This document shows, in pieces, positions 39,876 to 49,711 of a stretch of 64,000 bases of DNA. A program made the position numbers and the translations under genes. The stretch comes from a virus, in IMG/VR virus record IMGVR_UViG_3300046007_007030, one strand, 5' to 3'. Each line of letters opens with the position of its first letter. Positions within the stretch are counted from its first letter, which is position 1. The notes under the pieces were generated by a model. That model was not told the origin of the DNA and searched no databases. It worked only from the letters and a program-made list of their open reading frames with translations.

Positions 39876-40198
39876 TTGACTCCGAAATCGAATTGAGACC
39901 AGTCACAGTCCTCGAGGAGCTCGACTTGATCAGGAAATCTATCTTTCATGGTCGACCAGATGTCGATCGTGGGGCGCCTCATGCCGTAGGAGTCTGGAGA
40001 GCACACGTAGACAGATCCGGAGAAACCGTGGAAATGATACTGACCATCTAATAATTCCACTCTCTCGATACCACTGTTCATGCGCCAGCTGTCACCGTTT
40101 ACATAACCGCCATACCAGCCACCCAGGATCTTGTAAAAAGTCTCGCCTTCGTTAGTTATCTTGAATACCGACCAAGTGTCTGGCACATACTCATTCAT
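39872..40198 (-). CDS. Conserved phage hypothetical protein
   Basis: 'PD.W...GW.GGY..GDSWRMNSGI...SGSVY.C'. Confidence 0.75.
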   Translation of the reverse strand: MNEYVPDTWSVFKITNEGETFYKILGGWYGGYVNGDSWRMNSGIERVELLDGQYHFHGFSGSVYVCSPDSYGMRRPTIDIWSTMKDRFPDQVELLEDCDWSQFDFGVK

Positions 40199-40255
40199 AG
40201 CATAATCCTTTCATCGATTAGCTGCATTATACACGCGTATAGCAAAAGAGTAAAC

Positions 40256-40286
40256 AAAAAAGAGGGGGCGCTAACCCCCTCTTTTC
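40256..40286. terminator. Intrinsic terminator after pstS
   Basis: AAAAGAGGGGG-cgctaa-CCCCCTCTTTT hairpin with T/A tracts. Confidence 0.8.
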
Positions 40287-40302
40287 ATAGAAATCGCTAG
40301 AG

Positions 40303-41301
40303 TCAGAGGTTCTTGGCTGCCTCGATGGCCTTCTTTAACTCGTCTTCATGGAGAGGGATGAGTCCGCGCTCAGTGAGATAGCCTTCTTGACCGAGAGCAC
40401 CCTCGGAGATGAACTCCTCGACGAAAGCCTTCAAATCAGGAAAAGTCGCGATGTGCTCCTTCTTCACGTAGAAGTAGAGACCACGGCTGATCGGGTAGTC
40501 GCCAGCGGCGATCGAGTCGAAGTCGGGGTTGACGCCATTGATGACTGCGCCTACTACATCGCGGGAGTTCTCTTCTAAGAATGAGAAGCCGAAGATGCCG
40601 ACGGCATTAGGATTGCCTAGGAGTTTCTGAACGATGAGATTGTCGTTCTCACCAGCCTCGATGAAAGCACCATCTTCTCTCATGTTCTTACACAACGATT
40701 TCTGCTCATCTTCAGAGATCTTCAAGTCGTACTCCTTGATGAGGGCCTTACACTCCTTCTCGAGGACGAGTTCTACGAAGCTGTCTCTCGTACCTGAAGT
40801 AGGAGGCGGACCAAGGACCTCGATCTTAAATGTCGGTAGAGCTACGTCGATGTCCGACCACTTGACGTAGGGATTAGGGACTACCTCGCCGTCGATGATC
40901 ACGCTCTTAGCGAGAGCCAGGTAGATCTGCCTCGTGCTGATATTGAGATCGTATCCCTTGATGTGCGCCAAGACGATGGCGTCGTAGCCGAACATGAACT
41001 CGGCAGGCGCCGAGACTCCATTGGCAGCGCACGATTCTACTTCTGTATCCTTGATGACACGAGAGGCGTTGACGATGCTCGGCGTGTCTGGCGCAGTGCC
41101 TGCGCAGAAGATCTTGATGCCGCCGCCAGTGCCAGTCGACTCTATGATGGGTGTCTGATGGCCATCCTTGCCGAACTTCTCGGCCACGATGGTAGCGAAG
41201 GGGTAGACGGTAGAGCTGCCTACTGCATTGATCTGATTATCGCTCGCGAGAGCAGCGGTAGTAGAGATGACGAGTGCCACCATAGCACTTAAGAACTTCA
41301 T
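40303..41301 (-). CDS. pstS: Periplasmic phosphate-binding protein PstS
   Basis: Signal peptide; 'VGSSTVYPF', 'ESTGTGGG', 'NASR', 'GPPPTSGTRD', 'YPISR.L.FY'. Confidence 0.93.
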   Translation of the reverse strand: MKFLSAMVALVISTTAALASDNQINAVGSSTVYPFATIVAEKFGKDGHQTPIIESTGTGGGIKIFCAGTAPDTPSIVNASRVIKDTEVESCAANGVSAPAEFMFGYDAIVLAHIKGYDLNISTRQIYLALAKSVIIDGEVVPNPYVKWSDIDVALPTFKIEVLGPPPTSGTRDSFVELVLEKECKALIKEYDLKISEDEQKSLCKNMREDGAFIEAGENDNLIVQKLLGNPNAVGIFGFSFLEENSRDVVGAVINGVNPDFDSIAAGDYPISRGLYFYVKKEHIATFPDLKAFVEEFISEGALGQEGYLTERGLIPLHEDELKKAIEAAKNL

Positions 41302-41325
41302 ATACTGTCTCCATTGTTGTTGCAT

Positions 41326-41357
41326 TAAAAAGAGCCGTGAGATTACTCCCACGGCTC
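41326..41357 (-). terminator. Intrinsic terminator of the hsp20 operon
   Basis: GAGCCGTGGGA-gtaa-TCTCACGGCTC followed by TTTTT. Confidence 0.75.
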
Positions 41358-41412
41358 GTACGTACGCTACTTACTCAGCCAGTCTGACTCTTCGTTCGTA
41401 TACGTCGGCATG

Positions 41413-41571
41413 TCACCTCCGCATCCATGATGTATTGTCATTCCTGGCATCCCACATCTTCATCATATATTCAAGTTGTGCGACGTCTTGCGCCGTACTC
41501 AAATAGTCCACCATGAGTTCATAATCGCTCTTCGGTCGAAGGCGATTGACGAAGTCTCTGAAGAACTTCAT
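41413..41571 (-). CDS. 52-aa protein resembling DUF3563 family
   Basis: Hand translation: MKFFRDFVNRLRPKSDYELMVDYLSTAQDVAQLEYMMKMWD... Confidence 0.5.
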   Translation of the reverse strand: MKFFRDFVNRLRPKSDYELMVDYLSTAQDVAQLEYMMKMWDARNDNTSWMRR

Positions 41572-41572
41572 C

Positions 41573-42121
41573 TTACTTCTCGTACTCGGATAGGAACTGC
41601 TTGGTAGATTCGGCGCTGACGCCCTTCGAAGTCACTGAGTCGGTTATCTGGTCATTGACTGCAGATGCCTTGTCAGTGATGTCGATCTTCTTTGGCTTCT
41701 TGTGCTCTGGGATGATGTTCTCGAGCCAGACCTTCAGCATGCCATTGATGAGCTCGGCGTTCTTGATCTCGACGGTGTCGGCGAGAGTGAACTGTCGAGT
41801 GAAGGCGCGGTCAGCGATTCCCTTGTACAGGTATGTCGCATCGAGGCCGTCCTTCGTGATGGTGTCGAGAGTGGTGTGTCCCTTGATTGAGAGCACGCCG
41901 TCCTTGAGCTCCATCTCTAGGTCCTGCTTACCGAAGCCGGCTACCGCCAGCTCGATGACATACTTGTTGTCAGAGACCTTCTTGATGTTGTAGGGAGGAT
42001 AAGACGGAATCGACTTCTGGATCGTGCGAGTCACGTTCTCGAGGTTACGGAAAGCCTCGTCGAATCCGACAGTCGTGGGGAGGAGAGATTTGGCGAAAGA
42101 GAATGGGTCATTGAGAGTCAT
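41573..42121 (-). CDS. Small heat-shock protein (Hsp20/IbpA-like)
   Basis: 'YPPYNI', 'IELAVAGF', 'YLYKGIA.RAF.RQF.LA', 'A.L.NGML'. Confidence 0.95.
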   Translation of the reverse strand: MTLNDPFSFAKSLLPTTVGFDEAFRNLENVTRTIQKSIPSYPPYNIKKVSDNKYVIELAVAGFGKQDLEMELKDGVLSIKGHTTLDTITKDGLDATYLYKGIADRAFTRQFTLADTVEIKNAELINGMLKVWLENIIPEHKKPKKIDITDKASAVNDQITDSVTSKGVSAESTKQFLSEYEK

Positions 42122-42237
42122 GTGTTACTCCTTGTTAAGCGAGTTGGATATTGCACCCCATTAGGCGGTGCATCGACCGGGTACGCAGTACACCATCCCG
42201 GCCAACCTTATATAGGCGCTCTGGCGCCAGAATTAAA

Positions 42238-42948
42238 CTACTTCAGCGAAAGTTTTTTGTCCTGCCTCGTCTTGGCGTATACGCTGAGCTTGTCGAGGTA
42301 ACCCTGGTTCCTGAGTTCCTTGTAGACGAGGTTCTCGAAAGAGAACTCACCGCCCTTAGAGATAGCGGCGTTCCTCATGGTCCACAGCTTCGTCTTTATA
42401 GCGTCCACGGCCGACATTCCCATCTTGTGCTTGATGATGTCGTCGATCAGATCCATGTAGTGCTGGACTTTCTGCTTCAGCCTAGGGTCGTTCTTGAAGT
42501 TCATGCCAGTCTGGAAAACCGGCTCCTGTATCCAGGCGTCCTTCTTGAGGGAGTAGACGCCCTGTCCCTTAGGGAACGGGGCCTTGTTGTCCTGAGCGTA
42601 CGGCTCGAGAGGGTAGCCGAGGACGGTGACGTTGTGAGTGAGGGTCCAGAGTTGCTTCTTCGCCATCAGCTGGTCGTCTAGCTTAGAGCCGAACATGGTC
42701 AGCTTGCTCTTGTCTACTAAGAGGTGAACGTCCAGGTCTGAGTAGGGTGTGTAGTTGTAATTGGCGTTGCCGCCAGTCAAGATGACGTCAGTCACGGCTG
42801 AGTTGGGGATACCGGCGAACACCTGCCAGGTCTTACCGAACTGCAGGAGCTTCTGCCTCAGCTCAGGACGGATCTTGTTGTTGAGCTGCCAGATCTTCTG
42901 GTTGAGGCTGCTGTGGTACTGCAGCTTGATGTTGACGTCTTCTTGCAT
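42238..42948 (-). CDS. Pol-beta-like nucleotidyltransferase-domain protein
   Basis: 'LTGGNANYNY...SDLDVH', 'GEFSFENLVYK'; late promoter CATAAATA near 42972. Confidence 0.75.
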   Translation of the reverse strand: MQEDVNIKLQYHSSLNQKIWQLNNKIRPELRQKLLQFGKTWQVFAGIPNSAVTDVILTGGNANYNYTPYSDLDVHLLVDKSKLTMFGSKLDDQLMAKKQLWTLTHNVTVLGYPLEPYAQDNKAPFPKGQGVYSLKKDAWIQEPVFQTGMNFKNDPRLKQKVQHYMDLIDDIIKHKMGMSAVDAIKTKLWTMRNAAISKGGEFSFENLVYKELRNQGYLDKLSVYAKTRQDKKLSLK

Positions 42949-42973
42949 GGCGTGTCCCTTTCATTAGGACTAT

Positions 42974-43642
42974 TTATGCTGGTATCGTTCCAAATCGAGT
43001 CGTCTTCAAGAACGGGAACTCTTGGACCAGTATCTTCTTGCACTCCTCTGCGATCTCTCGATGCTCCTTCTGAGTGCCGTTGCCGCAACGCAGCTCGACG
43101 TAGTGCATCCACGAACGGAGTGTGCCGTTCATGTACATGCGTGACATAGTGAGACCTTCGGGAAGAACAGAACGAGCAACTTCTTTTGCGATGCCATTTT
43201 CTATTGCCCAGTTGTATGCAGATAGTGACATACTCTTTAAAGCTATCTGATAATCACGCCAATCTTCTACCAAATCTGTATTATCTGTTTCAATGCTGTT
43301 TTGACGGTTCTTGGTATCCTGCAAACGTGCTTCACGTGGTTCACTCATTTCCTGAACCTCGGCATAACGCTGGCTAAACTCTTGAAACGAGAACGAGCGA
43401 TGACGCAGGATCTGACGGGCGATGTCTCGAGTCGTCTCGATCTCCATGACCACGTTCACCATCTCGAACGGCGACCAGTGCTGGTTCCGGATCATGTAGG
43501 AGAGCAGCTTGTCGGTCTCTGAGTTCTCTTGATTGGCAGGATTAGAGACGCGCGCGCAGTACGCTATAAGACCTTGAGCGTCGTTCATTGAGGAGTTTAC
43601 CATTACGGGTTGCGTAACGCCGATCAACTTTACGCTGCTCAT
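42974..43642 (-). CDS. thyX: FAD-dependent thymidylate synthase ThyX
   Basis: 'HWSPFE', 'RHRSFSFQEFSQRY', 'KEVARSVLP', 'TQKEHR'. Confidence 0.96.
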   Translation of the reverse strand: MSSVKLIGVTQPVMVNSSMNDAQGLIAYCARVSNPANQENSETDKLLSYMIRNQHWSPFEMVNVVMEIETTRDIARQILRHRSFSFQEFSQRYAEVQEMSEPREARLQDTKNRQNSIETDNTDLVEDWRDYQIALKSMSLSAYNWAIENGIAKEVARSVLPEGLTMSRMYMNGTLRSWMHYVELRCGNGTQKEHREIAEECKKILVQEFPFLKTTRFGTIPA

Positions 43643-43986
43643 CACTGCACCCAACATACTGTGTGGGGAATATTCTCCCACGTCTGATAGATCTCATTCC
43701 AACGACGCTCCCACTGAGTACCACAGTACTGCTGAGGCGTGACACGAGCTGCGTATGGATCCGCATAGACGCCTGGTCCGGGGTTATTGAGAGCCTGACC
43801 TATCAGCAGGCCACCGAGCAGACCGCCGACGGCGTACCATCCCTCGTTGTTGTTTCCGTAGTCGTACTTATATTTGTACGTGTAGTTGTAGTTGTAGGTC
43901 TTCTCTTTGTCGTTGTTCTTGTTGCCTGCCTCGGCGGCACCGACCATGAGAACGCTCGCTAGCAGCATCATGATAGTCTTCTTCAT
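43642..43986 (-). CDS. Secreted/membrane hypothetical protein
   Basis: Signal peptide, Gly-zipper-like segment. Confidence 0.65.
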   Translation of the reverse strand: MKKTIMMLLASVLMVGAAEAGNKNNDKEKTYNYNYTYKYKYDYGNNNEGWYAVGGLLGGLLIGQALNNPGPGVYADPYAARVTPQQYCGTQWERRWNEIYQTWENIPHTVCWVQ

Positions 43987-44291
43987 CTTAGATCTCCCTC
44001 AGGTCAGCGTCGATGTACATGTCTACGTACTTCCGCCAAGTCTTGCGGAACTGCTGGTGCTCAGCATACAACATATAGTTGCCCATGACGTAGTCCATGG
44101 ACTTCATCAAGAGGAGATTGTGCTTCAGATCCTGCAGCTCGTACTCCTGAGCCTCGGCTCGATAGGCCTTCTCTGATAAGACGGAGACATCCTTGGCCAA
44201 AGATGCGTAGTCTTCTTGGAGAGCTTTTACGATGACGTCACCGAGCTGATCGGCGTCGAGCTCTAAATTTATAGTTCCCTTGATGATCATG

Positions 44292-44660
44292 TCAGACCTT
44301 CTTTCCAATGTAGCGTGGATCAGTGCCGGCAGTCACGTACTGGACGGCACCCTTGTTGTAGGCAGGAGCGAGGCACGTCTTCTTCCGCTCGATCTCCTTG
44401 ATCGTGGCAGCAGACTCCTCTTGGTCCTTCTTCCATTTATAATCCTCCACGGACTTCTTATAGCCACCACCTCCGGGGATGCGATCGGAGGTCACGCGCC
44501 GGTACTCGTACTTCGGCAACTCGGCGGTCTTCTCGATGCGCATCCCCGGTGTGTATCCGAGGGACTTGAGATATGCTAGGTGCTCTTCCTTAGAGCGCAG
44601 CTGCTTGATGCCGGGCTTGCGCTTAGGAGAGCGGGTGCTGGTGTAGAAGATGGCCATCAA
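44292..44660 (-). CDS. Conserved T4-like hypothetical protein
   Basis: 'APAYNKGAVQY'. Confidence 0.7.
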   Translation of the reverse strand: MMAIFYTSTRSPKRKPGIKQLRSKEEHLAYLKSLGYTPGMRIEKTAELPKYEYRRVTSDRIPGGGGYKKSVEDYKWKKDQEESAATIKEIERKKTCLAPAYNKGAVQYVTAGTDPRYIGKKV

Positions 44661-44850
44661 TTCACCTTGGCTTCAAGACACATGATCTGTCGTTTAGAGA
44701 CTCTTTCGAAGTAGTCGCCACTATAAACTTCGAGGATGGCGGCTCTCGCAGCTTCACACTCTTTGAGTGTGGCGTAGTGATCGGTAGCAACAGCGTCGGA
44801 CCTGCCACCCTCAATTAAGATCCACAATACGTAGAAGACGCTACCAGTCA

Positions 44851-45201
44851 TCAGTTGGCATCCACGTAGTGGCGGCGCTCGGCGACGTAGATGTCTACGC
44901 GCTCGGAGTGTTCTACGCGGATCTCTTGAGAAGAGTAGCGATGGAGAGGACCACCCTGGCGATAGAGACCGGCATGCGGGCTATCCTTGCCGAGACGGCC
45001 ACGGACGCGGATGTAGGCGCGACGACGAACTTCCTGCTTACCGGACCAGGAGAATTCGACGAACTCCGGAGACTCGATCTCGTGAGCCCGACGACGCGCG
45101 TTGTATGCCTTGATGGTGCGACGGATGTTGGCCACGATGCCGGCCAAGCTGGGATCGTCTGCCTTGATGGTCATGACGTAGTCAGAAGAATTGCGAGACA
45201 T
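44851..45201 (-). CDS. Hypothetical early protein
   Basis: GGAG RBS, promoter at 45226-45254. Confidence 0.65.
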   Translation of the reverse strand: MSRNSSDYVMTIKADDPSLAGIVANIRRTIKAYNARRRAHEIESPEFVEFSWSGKQEVRRRAYIRVRGRLGKDSPHAGLYRQGGPLHRYSSQEIRVEHSERVDIYVAERRHYVDAN

Positions 45202-45225
45202 GTGTGTGTTCTCCATTATTCCTAG

Positions 45226-45254
45226 ATCTTACCAAGAGACGAGAAAAATGTCAA
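45226..45254 (-). promoter_or_regulatory. Early promoter
   Basis: TTGACA-17-TAAGAT. Confidence 0.8.
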
Positions 45255-45508
45255 TCGTTTATGACGATTTCGTCGATAAATTGTTGAAGAACTTTTTCGT
45301 TATGGCAGGTAGGGCGAATGTAGGCGATGAGATCGTTATAGGAAGAGAAAGTGAAGTCGGCGGTATAGACGCCGGAAGGGTCGTCGAGGACGTTAGTGAT
45401 GGTGCAGTTGACGTATTTAGGGATATCGTAGATGTCAGAGATTTGAGGAACGACGCAGGGAAGGTTGATGGTATAAGAAGTCATGTGTGTCTCCGTTGCT
45501 ACTTCCCC

Positions 45509-45610
45509 TTTATACCCAGGGTGCTAATAAATGTACATAGCCTTATCTGAAGAAATAGCTAATCAAATCAATGACTTAAAAAAAGATTGTTCTGGAATAT
45601 CAATGGCTTA
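45509..45610 (-). promoter_or_regulatory. Early promoter with two IHF-like boxes
   Basis: TGTACA-17-TATAAA; AATCAATGACTTA at 45566, TATCAATGGCTTA at 45598. Confidence 0.75.
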
Positions 45611-46141
45611 GGAGAAAGGTAGGCCAGAGACTGTTCCCATGATGGCTCTCTTGATGCCGGCAGTAGGCTGCTCCTGCTTGGATGCCAAGAAGCTGGGGAA
45701 GATGGTGGTCATCCCTATAGCCCGAGGCACCACGGTGTCCCTAGGAGTCCTGATGATGAAGTCGCCACCCACATAGTCGTCGTTCAAGAACGTGTGAACG
45801 CTGAGCTTGCTGGTCTCTCGATCCCAGTGATTCAGGTCGATGGACCAGTCCATCCACTGTGATCGATCGAACTCGACGTAGTAGAGGGCCGAGATGTTCT
45901 GGATCTTAAACCCGTAGTTATTGATGTTCGAGTCCAGTACTGCTCCAGTGATGTTCTCATAGATGTTCGGCCAGATGTCTGGTTCTATCAGGCGATACGA
46001 GTAGAAGAACGAGTTAGTGGAGTACGACCTCATGTCGGCAGACTTGAAGGCGTCCGCTATCTTCTTACACTCTTCTTCTTCAAAAGTTCTGGCATGACTC
46101 AGCGGTCGGATACGCTTATCGGGTAATAGCTTCCAGGTCAC
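45608..46141 (-). CDS. 2OG-Fe(II) oxygenase-like protein with degenerate metal ligands
   Basis: 'DWSID...KLS...LNDDYVGGDF...FPSFLAS...G.KR'; GTG start overlaps the speD stop. Confidence 0.7.
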   Translation of the reverse strand: MTWKLLPDKRIRPLSHARTFEEEECKKIADAFKSADMRSYSTNSFFYSYRLIEPDIWPNIYENITGAVLDSNINNYGFKIQNISALYYVEFDRSQWMDWSIDLNHWDRETSKLSVHTFLNDDYVGGDFIIRTPRDTVVPRAIGMTTIFPSFLASKQEQPTAGIKRAIMGTVSGLPFS

Positions 46142-46545
46142 TTGTGATACTCCGCGGCGTAGTCGGCCATGCCGTCTCTGATGTGATTGAGTCCGTGCTC
46201 GCGGTCCAGGTACTTCCACTCGATCTTGATGGGATTGAACTCGGACAAGGACTCGAACACTTTCTTCGTATCTAGCGGTCCACAGGTGTAGACGTCGAAC
46301 TGCATCAGGCTGGGAGTCTTCTCGTCCCAGACGTGCATGGCCACGTGACTGGTCTCGATGATGCAGACGCCAGTCATGCCACGATTGCCCTCTACGTCGA
46401 GGTAAGAGACGTAGGGGCCGGAGAGGATCTTCATCCCGATGTCGGTGATTAGCTTGCGGAACCAGTCGTGCATGTAGCCGACGTGGGAAGATGACGGCGG
46501 GTTGAGGACCTCGGCCCTCACTATAAGGTGCTTATGCTCCAACAT
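46138..46545 (-). CDS. speD: Pyruvoyl-dependent S-adenosylmethionine decarboxylase family
   Basis: 'HLI', 'G.TG..IIETSH.AMHVW.E', 'DVYTCG'. Confidence 0.85.
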   Translation of the reverse strand: MLEHKHLIVRAEVLNPPSSSHVGYMHDWFRKLITDIGMKILSGPYVSYLDVEGNRGMTGVCIIETSHVAMHVWDEKTPSLMQFDVYTCGPLDTKKVFESLSEFNPIKIEWKYLDREHGLNHIRDGMADYAAEYHK

Positions 46546-47097
46546 CTCAAGATGACCTCCCTATGAGAACTTGTTGTCTAGCTTCTCTTCATTAGTGACG
46601 ATGACCATCAGGTTCTCTTCGTCAAGAAAAAAGACCGGCGTCAGGCCGGCCTGTCTGTATTGTCTCGCGATGTCTAGCGCTGTGTAGAAGGAGTTGTCAG
46701 GTCCGCTCAGGACCGCTGCCTTCCTTATCAGGTCCTCGTTCACCCGTTCCATATTCTCGTACGCATTCTTCATAGAATCCCTCCATGAATTGCTTGTAGA
46801 GTTCTGGTGACTTAAAGAGGATGTGAGCGTAGAACTTGCCCATGTCCTTAGCGTGGTCGAAGAAGAACCGCCTGGCGGTGTCCTCCGTATATTTATAGCT
46901 GAACATCATCTTCCTCGATCTTCTGGAGAGCTTTCTTCTCCTGCATGGTGAGCTTATCTTTACCGACGTGCCGAGGGTTACCGCACATGTGACAGGAACA
47001 CGGCTTACGATTCTCAGCCATCTTCTTGATGTGCTTCTGTCTCTGCTCCTCAGAACCGTGATAGTGCTTCGGCTTGAGCCAAAAGAATTCTTTGACC

Positions 47098-47358
47098 CTA
47101 TCGAGCATTCTCTTGTGGTGGTGGCGTCTCTCCGCGCGTGTCTTCAATGTAGGGTACTTCCTCTATCGTGGTGATAATCTTCACGCGACCAGTGCCATTG
47201 CATCTGTAGCAAGGACGATTATCGTAGTGGTATTTACCTCGATGATAGTCAGAGAGGACCTCCTCGAGTGTACTTCCTTTGCCTCCACACTTCTTACATA
47301 AGGCGATCTCATGATTCTTGATAATCGACTGCTTAAACTTCATCATGTTCAATCCCAC
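47098..47358 (-). CDS. DnaJ-type zinc-finger small protein
   Basis: CxxCxGxG twice. Confidence 0.6.
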   Translation of the reverse strand: MGLNMMKFKQSIIKNHEIALCKKCGGKGSTLEEVLSDYHRGKYHYDNRPCYRCNGTGRVKIITTIEEVPYIEDTRGETPPPQENAR

Positions 47359-48056
47359 AGCGACTGATAGTACTTGCCGAAGAAGCGCAGACCGCGGCTG
47401 ACTCGATCCTGGTGCTCCTTGTGAAGGTCGCTGTCGTAGCGACCCATCTTACGCTGTTCTTCCTCGGACAAGAAGTAGTGCTTCTCTCCGGTATCAGAGT
47501 TGACCCACGACAGTCTGTTGACTTCTTCGCCTTCCTTGTACGGGATGTAGTACTTCTCGCGGCCCTCATCGGGATCTACGATCTGTTCGAAAGCCCAGAT
47601 CATCTCTTCCATGACCCAGTCCCACTTGATGACTACGTCGGCGTACTGATCTTCTTCCTCGTCAAGCTCGCTCTTCTTCTTGGTCTTCTTCTTTTTCTTG
47701 ACCAGGTGAGGGACGTCCTCGTCGTCTACCCAAGGAGAGCCGTGCTTCGTAGCCTTGAGCTGCTTGAGCATCGGCAGGATGATGAGAGCGAGAGTCGTGT
47801 CCATGCCCCAGGTGTCATGCGAATCGATGCGTATGCTGATCTTACGCTTACTATGGCGTACGATCTTATTGACTGTGAGGTTGAGCACGCCCTGCCAGAA
47901 TGTGCTGAACTTCATGATGGCGCGATCTATCCGACCATAGTTCTCTTCGTCGACTTCATAGCCGTACTCCTTGCCATGACGACGTCCCACGATGTCCTCG
48001 AAGAAGTCATGACACGACCAGTAGTTGTTTGGATACTTCCCGATGTAGACCTTCAT
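47349..48056 (-). CDS. Conserved T4-like hypothetical protein
   Basis: 'MKVYIGKY', 'DTWGMD.TLA.II.PML', 'FGKYY..LWD'. Confidence 0.75.
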   Translation of the reverse strand: MKVYIGKYPNNYWSCHDFFEDIVGRRHGKEYGYEVDEENYGRIDRAIMKFSTFWQGVLNLTVNKIVRHSKRKISIRIDSHDTWGMDTTLALIILPMLKQLKATKHGSPWVDDEDVPHLVKKKKKTKKKSELDEEEDQYADVVIKWDWVMEEMIWAFEQIVDPDEGREKYYIPYKEGEEVNRLSWVNSDTGEKHYFLSEEEQRKMGRYDSDLHKEHQDRVSRGLRFFGKYYQSLWD

Positions 48057-48451
48057 TTCTTCTTTTCCTTCTTAGCCATGTGCACTTCGTAAGCCGCGAT
48101 GATGCGCTTATGCCCGTCGCTATTCGTGTTGTAGCGGTATTCCTTAGACTTAGTCAGGATGACGCCCTTGTCATTGTGCTGCTCCAAGACTCCGACCACC
48201 GTGACGTTATTTCCGTCGGTGTGATCGCGTTCGATAGACCAGACATTCACCTTGTCGAAGTCGATCATGATCGGCTCATTACGAGCGGCTAACTCCAGTT
48301 CATGAATGAAATTCTTATTGCGTTCTGTCTTGTCTTTGTCGGAGCAGATCCTCCGCCACGTCTCGACGGACTCTTCAAGAGTCTTGATCTTATTCTCGAG
48401 ATACTTGATCTCATTCCTCAGGATAGCCTTTGACTTGCCAAACATTCTCAT
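48053..48451 (-). CDS. Hypothetical protein
   Basis: Packed ORF. Confidence 0.6.
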   Translation of the reverse strand: MRMFGKSKAILRNEIKYLENKIKTLEESVETWRRICSDKDKTERNKNFIHELELAARNEPIMIDFDKVNVWSIERDHTDGNNVTVVGVLEQHNDKGVILTKSKEYRYNTNSDGHKRIIAAYEVHMAKKEKKK

Positions 48452-48663
48452 TCTCCGCGTGTCATCTGTAGGGGTTGTCTGCGTCTTGTTCTTCTTCGTC
48501 TAAGAGCTCGTCGACCGACTCCCTGAAGCCTCTCTCGTAGTCTACGCCTGCTCTGTCGAACTCGTCTATGAGCTCCTGAGAGAGGTAGACCTTCATGCCG
48601 CGATGCTCTATTAGTCGCGGCCCGGTCTCTTTCTTCTTTTTCTTGAAGAGACTGAGCAGGCGA

Positions 48664-49164
48664 TCAAACATCGCCGTGCTCGTCAATGACTTTTTTGGCC
48701 GCGTCCACGAGCGCTTGATAGATGCCCTTCTTGGCGAAGAGCTTCATGGTCTCGTAGTCCATGTCGAGCTCCATCCTCAACTCGCCATCCACGGTGTCTT
48801 CCATCGACACGATCTCGACGTTCGGCGGCGGCTTTACAGTGTGAGCCGACGGGATAGGGAACCCAGCGTCGTACTCGAAATCCTGCTCCACGATGTCATA
48901 CGTCTTCTTGAAGATCTCCCACTTGATGGCGTAGAGCTCTCCGTCCACTCCCTTCACGAGGACGTCGCCTTCATTGGCGGTCATCATGCCCTCGAGCGTG
49001 CGGATCCTCAGGACCATCTTCTGTCCGTCGCTGACTACCGCGAGGCGGCCGTTGTTGGACTGATACTCGTTGTGTACCCAGTCCAATACGTTTCCGTGAT
49101 ACTGGAGCTCCGCGGTATCGATGACCCAGGCGTCTACTTCGATGGGCTTCTTTTTAATCTTCAT
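48664..49164 (-). CDS. Conserved phage protein
   Basis: 'KKPIEV.A...I.TLEG.M.A..GD..VKGV.GE.Y..K..IF.KTY'. Confidence 0.75.
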   Translation of the reverse strand: MKIKKKPIEVDAWVIDTAELQYHGNVLDWVHNEYQSNNGRLAVVSDGQKMVLRIRTLEGMMTANEGDVLVKGVDGELYAIKWEIFKKTYDIVEQDFEYDAGFPIPSAHTVKPPPNVEIVSMEDTVDGELRMELDMDYETMKLFAKKGIYQALVDAAKKVIDEHGDV

Positions 49165-49636
49165 GATACGATCCTCTTGACAGTGCCTGACTTCTCAACG
49201 TCTCTGTGTTCAGACCACCACTTGCCTTCAGCTTCCCAGACGGCGTCTGTCTCTTTCTTCGCCCAGACTTCGTAGGTCTTGGAGTGTTCTTTCAACTCAG
49301 TCTTGATGTAGGGAGTGATGTTGATCTTGAAGAGCTTCTGTCCCTTCGTCTTGGTGCAGTGATTCTTTAGAAAATTGATCGGCCCCGACCGCCAGGCCTC
49401 TTCCATCTGTTCCTTAGTCAACATATCCAATCTCCCGCAATATGGTGTCGAGCTCGTCGCGGATCTTCACCAGCCTCTTGAGGTAGTGATCGCGATAGGC
49501 CTGAGTGAGACTGGGATCTGCAGCCATGGCCTGATACTCGTAAATACGGGCCATGATGGTGTGGTCTATTGGCTCGATGAGAGCCGCTTCATCTTGTATC
49601 ACTGGATCATCCTGTATGTTGGAGCGGATTAGAAGA

Positions 49637-49711
49637 TGGAGCGGACGGAGGGAATCGAACCCTCGACCAACAGTTTGGAAGACTGTGACTCTACCACTGA
49701 GTTACGCCCGC
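49637..49711 (-). tRNA. tRNA-Gly(TCC)
   Basis: Cloverleaf, CT-TCC-AA, CCA. Confidence 0.93.

Noticed and set aside
41301-41412. Pho box upstream of pstS
   Set aside because: No convincing CTGTCAT tandem repeat seen; only a terminator hairpin.
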